In this document: in pieces, positions 8,301 to 14,654 of the stretch | Layout: each line of letters starts with the position of its first letter | How positions within the stretch are numbered: the first letter of the stretch is position 1 | NCBI GenBank assembly: GCA_051745145.1 | Contig: JBNJDT010000036.1 | Location: 1 to 16,546 of the forward strand | DNA from: Elusimicrobiota bacterium | GTDB taxonomy: Bacteria > CG03 > SLGR01 > JAGXOG01 | Length of the DNA stretch: 16,546 nt | Direction of reading: 5' to 3' | Notes under the pieces: generated by a model | Database searches by the model: none | Seen by the model: the letters and a program-made list of their open reading frames with translations, nothing else | Told to the model about the DNA's origin: nothing | Program-made: the position numbers and the translations under genes

Positions 8301-8873
8301 AAATACTATTTTACACTCTCCGGAATAAGTAATTTACTAAAGGTCCGCGGGAGTACGATTTCCGGTTTCAGCAGCTGGTTTATACTTTTTACGGGAGCGG
8401 TAATACCCGGGATATTTTTAGGACAGTTTTACTGCGGTTACATCTGTCCGGTCGGGGCCGTCCAGGAGTTTATATCTGTCTTAGGCAAAAAATTAGGAAT
8501 TTCAGTAATACCCGGTGAAAAAATAGATCGGAAAATGAGGTATATTAAATACATAATACTTTTTCTGATTTTAGCGGTGCTTTTTGCCGGTTCTATAAAT
8601 ATATCGGGTTTTAATCCCCTTCAGTATTTTTTCGGAGTTAAAAATGCGCTGGGAAAACGGGTTCTTTTTGGCTCAATTCTTTTTTTCTCCCTCTTCTTTT
8701 TCAGGTTCTGGTGCAGGTATCTTTGTCCGGCAGGGGCACTTCTATCCCTTTTAAATAAAATTTCAATTCTTGATTTAAAGCAGAAAAAGAGAAGACCCGC
8801 CGGCTGCGATCTGGGAGTTAAAAGTCAACGGGATATAGACTGCATAAGGTGTAACAGATGTCTGAAAAAATAG
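5376..8873 (+). CDS. Large polytopic membrane protein: fused MFS-like/spermidine-synthase-like module + FMN-binding domain + NosR/NapH-type Fe-S membrane domain
   Basis: 1165 aa, about 20 hydrophobic segments by eye. SpeE-like motifs: TPYQ, LLVIGTG, DGRRWV, FDLVIVNTGEP, NRYYTKDFY. FMN_bind-like motifs: GYNGPV, HSETP, EAITSATVTS (nt 8070-8099). Two CxxxCP motifs (FYCGYICP, FWCRYLCP) and a terminal C...CIRCNRC. Exact start uncertain. Confidence 0.85.
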   Translation: MLAAVYFCSGVLSVITQSLFIREFLNTFYGNELIFGLFFFTWLLWVGAGAYTGSKLKEKITLKFFNIFVLVLPLLGFIQLNLVRFSRYFVPLATSELFPPLYIFLIIFLFSAPFCFTVGIIFPLGISYGKKGNLKKVAPYYIVDSLGSLTGGLLFSLLLIKFFSHAAVFNILAALYLITVLLAIPQKSKFFKTFAKIVLLFFILQALPLKSIDIFSYTEKLRWKKINPAFTVKENRHTPYQKLSIIKYRDQFSLLSNSKIISTLGLDSYYARLSALYMAQKPEAKNLLVIGTGAEGLLEKILNYRGINRIDYLRQDPEAMDLLKKYLNKKNRDILNSDKIYYHAVDGRRWVNDLPKKDYFDLVIVNTGEPSTALNNRYYTKDFYQKVETMMKKDGVLVTSLLSASNYLGWSAANYSASTYHTLGSVFSNIGVVPGDTNIFFASPQKEITLNWKALKQSYKNIDNNYRFYNPDKFKSLLPPRRVKKLRDKLSETKPPINSDLKPVTYYLNIILWSEFTSPGMSNFLKMLMENGKHLFIVIAAVFFLFRIYYAARHKEKREIIKFNAAMVVFLTGLTAMAAQLIILFSYQNFLGHVYKNIALFSSLFMGGLALGSYLSKKYFLNRKNNYKYLGLAEFIICLFLLFFAFYYSEIANLGPAATNLVLLSFTVFAGVSTGSIFPLGVELYNSAGGRVLSSTGLIDSTDHLGAACGALFAGTLLVPLTGVRFSLFFLAGISFLSAVTVFSKNLKLVKKFTGIYSFPYIKASYIMAGILTVLLLTTSVFKKTEPDEDRISDFPVENLVEGGRVEKISEPFKHYTVKSGEQLKYRILKTSKVAKNITGYNGPVNMLLILSADGNIVDIKVLSHSETPAYVKGKLAGYLQNFKEKNIFRDSFKQEDIEAITSATVTSEAIRKSVVKVKKNFTQPDTKEKPRTFAAKIIWWFIIITAGIIFYLFFPISLRYILLGISAVVLGFHFKYYFTLSGISNLLKVRGSTISGFSSWFILFTGAVIPGIFLGQFYCGYICPVGAVQEFISVLGKKLGISVIPGEKIDRKMRYIKYIILFLILAVLFAGSINISGFNPLQYFFGVKNALGKRVLFGSILFFSLFFFRFWCRYLCPAGALLSLLNKISILDLKQKKRRPAGCDLGVKSQRDIDCIRCNRCLKK

Positions 8874-9148
8874 CCAACTTATTTTTAGCAGCGGGAGTAA
8901 GCTTCTGCCTGATTTTTTCGGTATATACTGGAGTAAACCAGCAAGATAAGTCTACAGCCGGTACGGAAGACTTTAAAAAACTCATTAAATTGGAAGAACC
9001 GGGAACTGAAAAACCCGTCCCCGGGACAGTAAAACCAAGGGGAACCCGGGATTTTAATGAAAAGACGATAAAAAAATATTTAAACCAGGGTAAAATTTCC
9101 TCAAAAGAAGCTCTGTATTATAAAAATATAGGAAAGTTAGATGATTGA
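8858..9148 (+). CDS. Small single-TM hypothetical protein ending in a KEALYYK motif (possibly a detached part of a neighbouring gene)
   Basis: 96 aa with SD-like TAAGGTG at 8845-8851. Overlaps the upstream gene by 16 nt and the downstream gene by 8 nt, filling the gap exactly. N-terminal hydrophobic helix IANLFLAAGVSFCLIFSVYTGV. Confidence 0.75.
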   Translation: MSEKIANLFLAAGVSFCLIFSVYTGVNQQDKSTAGTEDFKKLIKLEEPGTEKPVPGTVKPRGTRDFNEKTIKKYLNQGKISSKEALYYKNIGKLDD

Positions 9149-10106
9149 ATGTCAGCTGTGCCCTAAAAAATGTAGGATCCCCCCGGGAAAATCCGGGGAT
9201 TGCCGGGTACGCCTTAATATTGACGGCCGTCTAATCTCCGCCAGTTACGGCCGGCCGTGCGCTCTCCACGTAGATCCTATAGAGAAAAAACCCCTTTTTC
9301 ATTTTATGCCGGGAAGTCCTATATTCTCTATATCCACCGCCGGATGCAACCTCCACTGTAAAAACTGTCAGAACTGGCAGATTTCTCAGAATTCAGTGTG
9401 GGATACCCAAAATTACAATATGCCCCCGGAAAAAGTTGTCCGGATCGCAAAAAAGGAAGACTGTAAATCTATAGCTTATACCTACGGCGAACCGTCAATT
9501 TTTTACGAATATACATACGATACTGCCCGCATTGCCCGAAAGAAAGGTTTAAAAAATGTCATGGTCACCTCCGGATATTTAAATCCCGGTCCCGTTAAAA
9601 AATTATATACCCATATAGATGCGGCAAATACGGATTTAAAGAGTATTAATGACAAATTCTACAGGGATATATGCGATGCCACGTTAAAACCCGTTCTGGA
9701 CACCCTGGTGCTCCAGAAAAAACTGGGAGTCTGGGTGGAAGTTACAAACCTGGTAATTCCAACCTTAAACGATGATCCCGGAGAGATAAGAAAACTGGCT
9801 AAATGGATATTTAAAAACCTGGGCGAAGAAACCCCCCTACATTTTTCTAGGTTTTACCCCACCTATAAAATGAGGAATTTACCCCCTACTCCCACGGAAA
9901 CCTTAAAAAATGCGAGAAAAGAGGCCCGGAACGCCGGACTAAAATATGTATATATAGGAAACGTGGGGGCTACTGAGGCAGAAGATACTTTCTGTCCCGA
10001 ATGCGGCGAAAAAATTATTGACCGGACGGGATATAAAGTAAATTATTTCAGAATAAAAGACGGTAAATGTGAAAATTGTTCAAATACTATAGAAGGAGTG
10101 TGGTAG
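9141..10106 (+). CDS. amrS: AmmeMemoRadiSAM system radical SAM enzyme
   Basis: N-terminal CQLCPKKC...GDCRVR, then DPIEKKPLFHF and the radical SAM triad GCNLHCKNCQNWQISQ; IAYTYGEP, NTDLK, PLHFSRFYP, YVYIGN, and C-terminal CPEC...CENC. Lies in the same cluster as amrB/amrA. Confidence 0.95.
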   Translation: MIECQLCPKKCRIPPGKSGDCRVRLNIDGRLISASYGRPCALHVDPIEKKPLFHFMPGSPIFSISTAGCNLHCKNCQNWQISQNSVWDTQNYNMPPEKVVRIAKKEDCKSIAYTYGEPSIFYEYTYDTARIARKKGLKNVMVTSGYLNPGPVKKLYTHIDAANTDLKSINDKFYRDICDATLKPVLDTLVLQKKLGVWVEVTNLVIPTLNDDPGEIRKLAKWIFKNLGEETPLHFSRFYPTYKMRNLPPTPTETLKNARKEARNAGLKYVYIGNVGATEAEDTFCPECGEKIIDRTGYKVNYFRIKDGKCENCSNTIEGVW

Positions 10107-10108
10107 TT

Positions 10109-10261
10109 ATGAAAAAATTAACCAGAAGAAATTTTATTAAAGGGTCTGCAATACTAATTGCCGGTATTTTAAGCGGTGGTCTTTTTAAAAATAAAAAACC
10201 TGATGAAGATAAAAAACTTAAAGAAGCGGATTTTTATAAAAAACACGACCTGAGCGGTTAA
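10109..10261 (+). CDS. Small twin-arginine-signal peptide (50 aa) ending in KEADFYKKHDLSG
   Basis: ATG at 10109, 2 nt after the amrS stop, with SD AAGGAG at 10093-10098. Tat motif TRRNFIK (nt 10121-10141) followed by a hydrophobic h-region. This start is preferred over 10076 in the ORF track. Confidence 0.8.
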   Translation: MKKLTRRNFIKGSAILIAGILSGGLFKNKKPDEDKKLKEADFYKKHDLSG

Positions 10262-10288
10262 AATTATTATTGCTAACCTTATGCAGTT

Positions 10289-11083
10289 CTAATACTTATC
10301 GGGAAGATCCGGCCGGATAAAATCAACAGCTGACTTTATTCTATTTTCATCCGGATTTATCTGTAAAAAACCCAAAATACCGGATATGGATTCCCGGGGG
10401 CTATGGAGTAAGTCCTCAAACGTCAAACTATAAAAATTCTTTTCTTCTAAAAAATTATCTATTCTCTCGTGCCCTTTTCTTACCACCTTCCGATAAAATT
10501 CTTTGTCTTTATATTCCTTATTTTTTTTAAATAACAGTTTTATAGCCCGCAGAATTAATTTACCCCTGTTCTTTTTGGAAAAAAGGGGCCATTTTTCCCG
10601 GAGCTCGGGTAACCAGTATGAAAAACGGGATGTCTTGTAAAGCGAACCCCCGGTATCTTTTTCGTCCCGTTTTAGATGGATATAAAACGGATTTTCAAAT
10701 AGATGGTAAATATGGGGTATTAAATATAGCAACGCCGGATCCTTAAACCCCCAGATTTCACTTTGGTTTTCTTCTATAAAATTGATTATTCTGTCTTCAT
10801 ATTTTTTGATGCAATTTTTTAGTCTATTTTCATCAATATCCATTCTGTTTGTAATATCAAGAAGAATACCGGCCTCAAATAAAGCGTTTAAACTTATAGA
10901 CTGAAAAGTCTGATTTTCATAACAGCCGTATTTATTTAAGTGTTTCCCTTTCTTTAATCCCTTATCCTCCCCCATACTTATACCCAGGCGGTGTAACACG
11001 CCGGCTAAAAGAGAAGAACCGCTCCTGGGCATTGTAAGTATCAGAACCGTCTTTATCTTTGAATTTTTACTCTGATTCAACAT
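10289..11083 (-). CDS. Sulfotransferase family protein (PAPS-dependent, P-loop type)
   Basis: 5'-PSB loop LILTMPRSGSSLLAGVL, NKYGCYEN, WGFKDP, IHLKRD (3'-PB region), LTFEDLL..P. Confidence 0.85.
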   Translation of the reverse strand: MLNQSKNSKIKTVLILTMPRSGSSLLAGVLHRLGISMGEDKGLKKGKHLNKYGCYENQTFQSISLNALFEAGILLDITNRMDIDENRLKNCIKKYEDRIINFIEENQSEIWGFKDPALLYLIPHIYHLFENPFYIHLKRDEKDTGGSLYKTSRFSYWLPELREKWPLFSKKNRGKLILRAIKLLFKKNKEYKDKEFYRKVVRKGHERIDNFLEEKNFYSLTFEDLLHSPRESISGILGFLQINPDENRIKSAVDFIRPDLPDKY

Positions 11084-11726
11084 CTTCTCCGGCCTTTAAT
11101 CTATCAATTAACGAGTAAATTACCAGTATCCCCAAAAAAACATAAGAAACAATTTTACCGGTTTTCCCGGTTATCTGCAGAAAATACTCAAAACCGTAAG
11201 TCCATGAAGCAACTCCCACAAGCATAGAAAAAGCAACCAGTACAATTAATTTTTTCTCTTTTATTCCCATTAAATAACCTATAAAGGCTCCGGCAATAGA
11301 GCCGGTCATAGGAAAAGGCAGCCAGATAAAAAACGGTAGAGCAATCATACCGTAAGAAGATGCCCGGCGATGATAATTTTGGGCTCTGTTATAGGCCGAT
11401 TTTAACATTTTTCCAAAAAACTTTGTTTCAACAAAATTTTGATAAAAATATGTTATAAAAGGAAAAATAATCAAAAGCCATGACAGATTAAAAGAAGATA
11501 AAAGAAGAGTAATAGTTAAATTGCTGAAATTTAACTCCAATCCCGTAGCAATTGCCGTAATTCTCCCCCCGGAAAACGAAGCGGCAATAATCCCGATAAT
11601 TTTTAAAAATAGCGTACTGTTAGTTATGGAAAGCAATATTAAAAAAATTACAATTGCCGAAAGAGATGCTCCCCCGGCTATAAATATTGCCCTGTTTATT
11701 CCCTCCAACTGTATCTTTTTATTCAT
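11067..11726 (-). CDS. Small multidrug export-like (COG2426/Sm_multidrug_ex-type) membrane protein
   Basis: 219 aa with ~6 TM segments. The motif FIWLPFPMTGSIAGAFIGYLMG resembles the family signature (P.P.TG...G...G...G). Confidence 0.7.
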   Translation of the reverse strand: MNKKIQLEGINRAIFIAGGASLSAIVIFLILLSITNSTLFLKIIGIIAASFSGGRITAIATGLELNFSNLTITLLLSSFNLSWLLIIFPFITYFYQNFVETKFFGKMLKSAYNRAQNYHRRASSYGMIALPFFIWLPFPMTGSIAGAFIGYLMGIKEKKLIVLVAFSMLVGVASWTYGFEYFLQITGKTGKIVSYVFLGILVIYSLIDRLKAGEDVESE

Positions 11727-11729
11727 AAA

Positions 11730-13001
11730 TCAACCGGATAATGTTTCAATATATTCCGTTACTTTTTCAATATCTATACTGTCACTGCATTTTTGAGTAT
11801 CGCAACTTTCGATAACTTTCTGTATGGAGCAGGTTATATTTTTACACCCGGGAGTTGCCTCAAATGTCTTTGCAGGCGCTTCCTGCCGGGAATCTCCAAA
11901 CCCCAACTTTTGGGAATCATAGCCGTATATAGCGGGTTCAGTTGCCTTAAATAAACCTATTACAGCAGTTTTATTATTTAAACCTTTCCCGCTTTCCGCA
12001 ATGAACTTTTTTGCTGAAGCTATATGTAAAGGACCGGTATCGGCCCCTACGTATATATCACAGCTATCCACAAAAGCAGCAAAAAAATCAAGTGAACGGT
12101 TGTCCGGATGAATAAGAATTTTTTCTTTAAATTTATCCGGAATACCTTTATAAATTTCTGTTTCCACATCTTTAAAAGAATACCCCTGCCCGATTATTAT
12201 CCCGTCAGCGTATTTGCGTTTTAAAATCCGTTCAGCCAGCTCTTTATAATACTCCGGCCGGATAAAGGTATATTTATTAGAAGAGTCCGGATTTATATAA
12301 ACCAGTCTGTCTTTGCCGGAAAAACCCTTATCTTTAATAAAATCATTTCTCTCCTGAATAAATTTTTCAGAAATAAATACTCTGCTCCCCTTATATTTAA
12401 TTGGATTGTCCTTAGGGTTTAATTTACCCGGCAGCATATTTACCGTCTCTTTTACATACTGGAAAATATTATAGGAAAGATTTGCCGTTTTATTGCTTTT
12501 TACAGCCCCTATAATTCTCATTAACAAACCGTCAGCCTGTATAACAGGAGAATCTAACTGTTTAAAAACCCGGTCGGTAAAAAAAGGACAAAAGTTAAAA
12601 ATTAGATCATACTGATTGTCGTCAATTACCTTTAAAAATTTCTCCTTATTCTCTTTTGAAAACGATTTTTCCCCATCGAAAATAGGAAAAGCCCGATTGA
12701 TAAAATTGCAGTTTCCCACTAAGGAAGCGGCTTTTTTATTAAAAACATAATCTATCTTGGAATTACTAAAATATTGTTTCAATAGCTCGACAGCAGGAAG
12801 AATATTTACAGCATCTCCTATATTATAATCTGCAACTACTAATATTCTCTCAAGTTGCTCTACTTTTTTTAATTTTTTTCTGTTATTCCTGAGGGCTATA
12901 TATTCAAACCACCGGCAAAACGGCCGGTTGAGAAAAATTTTTTGCCAGTACCTTATTATAAATTTAGGGACATATTTTATAATATTTAAAAATTTATTCA
13001 T
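11730..13001 (-). CDS. Glycosyltransferase family 9 (ADP-heptose:LPS heptosyltransferase-like)
   Basis: RILVV...NIGDAVNILPAVELLK, YDLIFN, YINP, YVGADTGPLHIASA, VIGLF, and a Cys-containing C-terminus. Confidence 0.88.
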   Translation of the reverse strand: MNKFLNIIKYVPKFIIRYWQKIFLNRPFCRWFEYIALRNNRKKLKKVEQLERILVVADYNIGDAVNILPAVELLKQYFSNSKIDYVFNKKAASLVGNCNFINRAFPIFDGEKSFSKENKEKFLKVIDDNQYDLIFNFCPFFTDRVFKQLDSPVIQADGLLMRIIGAVKSNKTANLSYNIFQYVKETVNMLPGKLNPKDNPIKYKGSRVFISEKFIQERNDFIKDKGFSGKDRLVYINPDSSNKYTFIRPEYYKELAERILKRKYADGIIIGQGYSFKDVETEIYKGIPDKFKEKILIHPDNRSLDFFAAFVDSCDIYVGADTGPLHIASAKKFIAESGKGLNNKTAVIGLFKATEPAIYGYDSQKLGFGDSRQEAPAKTFEATPGCKNITCSIQKVIESCDTQKCSDSIDIEKVTEYIETLSG

Positions 13002-13281
13002 ATTTAAAATTTATCCTATCTTTATTGTAAGCTGATTAAAGTAAATTAATTTAATATAACACATTATATATTTATTGTTAAATTATTCTAAGGTTTGTTT
13101 ATGTATTGTATACCTATCCCAGCTTCAGGGAAGGATAATTTTGTCGGTTATTTTTGAATACTCTTCCTTAAAAAACTTAAAAATTTTTGAAAGTCTATCT
13201 TTTTAGTTTTTTGCCGGGACCTGCCGTAAAGTCTATAATATATAGGCGGCGTTAGATAAGCCGGAAACTTAAAATTCTATT

Positions 13282-13833
13282 TTATCCCTGTCTTGAATAA
13301 TTTCCTTTTAATATACTTTCCTCTATTATATGGCCTTCCATTGCCTGGGCCAGTTCCTTTTTTGTGGACCCTTCGGTAAGCTCTAACTCTTTATCCAGAG
13401 CATATAATTTAAATACATAGGTGTGGGTTCCCGAAGGCGGCGCCGGACCTCCGTATTCAAGTTTTCCAAAATCGTTTTTCCCCTTGATTCCCTCCGGAGC
13501 CGTACCTTCTTCAATCCGGGTAACTTCCGGGGGTATATTCCAGATAATCCAGTGATCCCAGGTGCCCATCGGGGCATCCGGATCATCCACCACAAGGGTC
13601 AGAGATTCAGTTTTTTCATGCACCTCACTAATAGTTAAAGGCGGTGAAATATCTTTTCCGTCAGCGGTATACTTCGGGGGAATCTTTTCCCCGTTGCCAA
13701 AAGCCGGACTCTTAAGCTCCATATGACCTCCCTGGCTTTCGCCTAATTCTTCCGTGGAAGACTTACTTCCGTTGCTGCAGCCACTTAAAAATAAAACCAA
13801 AGAAAATATTGTAATAAATAACTTTTTATCCAT
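13282..13833 (-). CDS. YbhB/YbcL family (PEBP/Raf kinase inhibitor-like) lipoprotein
   Basis: Lipobox LSGC at residue 19; LKSPAF, IPPKYTADG.DISPPL, DDPDAP, WDHWIIWNIP, YGGPAPPSGTHTY.FKLYALD. Confidence 0.93.
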   Translation of the reverse strand: MDKKLFITIFSLVLFLSGCSNGSKSSTEELGESQGGHMELKSPAFGNGEKIPPKYTADGKDISPPLTISEVHEKTESLTLVVDDPDAPMGTWDHWIIWNIPPEVTRIEEGTAPEGIKGKNDFGKLEYGGPAPPSGTHTYVFKLYALDKELELTEGSTKKELAQAMEGHIIEESILKGNYSRQG

Positions 13834-13928
13834 TATCCGTTTCCTTTTTCTTTGTATTATATAATTATTATAAAAATTATTGGGTTTGATATAAAGGGGG
13901 CGCTTTAATTATATACGTTATCTTTATA

Positions 13929-14654
13929 TTATAAATCCGCGCTGGTAAAAATTAATTTTGGACCGTTTTCTTTTAACCAGCGGGACTTTTTTTTAACATC
14001 GTCAAAATATTTTGACAGTAACCTCCAAAACTTCCGGGAGTGATTATTTTCCACCAGATGGGCTACCTCGTGGGCTATTACATAGTCAATTATGTCCGCT
14101 CGGGCCATCAGCAGGCGCCAGTTTAGGTTCAGATTTTTTTTACTCGAGCAGCTGCCCCACCGGGTTTTCTGGTTTTTTATGTAAATTTTTTTATATTTTA
14201 CCCCAAACTTTTCACACCATTTATCCGCCAGTTTTGTCAGATATTCTCTTGCTTTTTTTCGATATAAACTCTCTAATTCAGATTTTATACCATTTTTATC
14301 TACTCTTTCTTTGGAGAGAACCATCTCTCCGTTTTCTATATAATTATTAGAGGTATCTTTTACAGAAAGTGTCTTTTGCTCTCCCTTATACGGCCACCTG
14401 GCTCCGGCTTGAAATTCCCGCTTGGGAATCTTTGCTCTTAATTTTTCGAACTCCTTCCATTTTTTCAAAATCCAATTTTTTTTCCTATCTATAAAATCTC
14501 TTGCTTTAACACAGCTTCTACGGGGTATGGTTATTCGCAACTCTCTTATATTAATATCTATACGGGCCCTACTTGCCCGTTTACTTATACGGACTTTATA
14601 AGGAATTTGTATACCCTCTATTTCCACAGTGGTTTTTTCTTTAATCCTGCTCAT
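13929..14654 (-). CDS. YgjP/DUF45-like zinc metallohydrolase
   Basis: KNQKTRWGSCS, LNLNWRL, IDYVIAHEVAHLVENNHS..FW; very basic protein. Confidence 0.9.
   Translation of the reverse strand: MSRIKEKTTVEIEGIQIPYKVRISKRASRARIDINIRELRITIPRRSCVKARDFIDRKKNWILKKWKEFEKLRAKIPKREFQAGARWPYKGEQKTLSVKDTSNNYIENGEMVLSKERVDKNGIKSELESLYRKKAREYLTKLADKWCEKFGVKYKKIYIKNQKTRWGSCSSKKNLNLNWRLLMARADIIDYVIAHEVAHLVENNHSRKFWRLLSKYFDDVKKKSRWLKENGPKLIFTSADL

Noticed and set aside
5376..8873. Calling the large gene speE or nosR
   Set aside because: Only partial domain resemblance; the SpeE catalytic residues look altered and there are no nos genes in the window.
9141..10106. Calling the radical SAM gene pyruvate formate-lyase activating enzyme (pflA)
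   Set aside because: The DPIEKKPL motif, extra Cys clusters and amrB/amrA context identify the AmmeMemoRadiSAM family; no glycyl radical enzyme is nearby.
10076..10108. Longer start (10076) for the Tat peptide ORF
   Set aside because: It overlaps amrS; ATG 10109 has a proper SD and puts the RR motif at the normal N-terminal position.
10262..10288. Bidirectional terminator between the convergent operons
   Set aside because: No stable hairpin is visible in the 27-nt gap.
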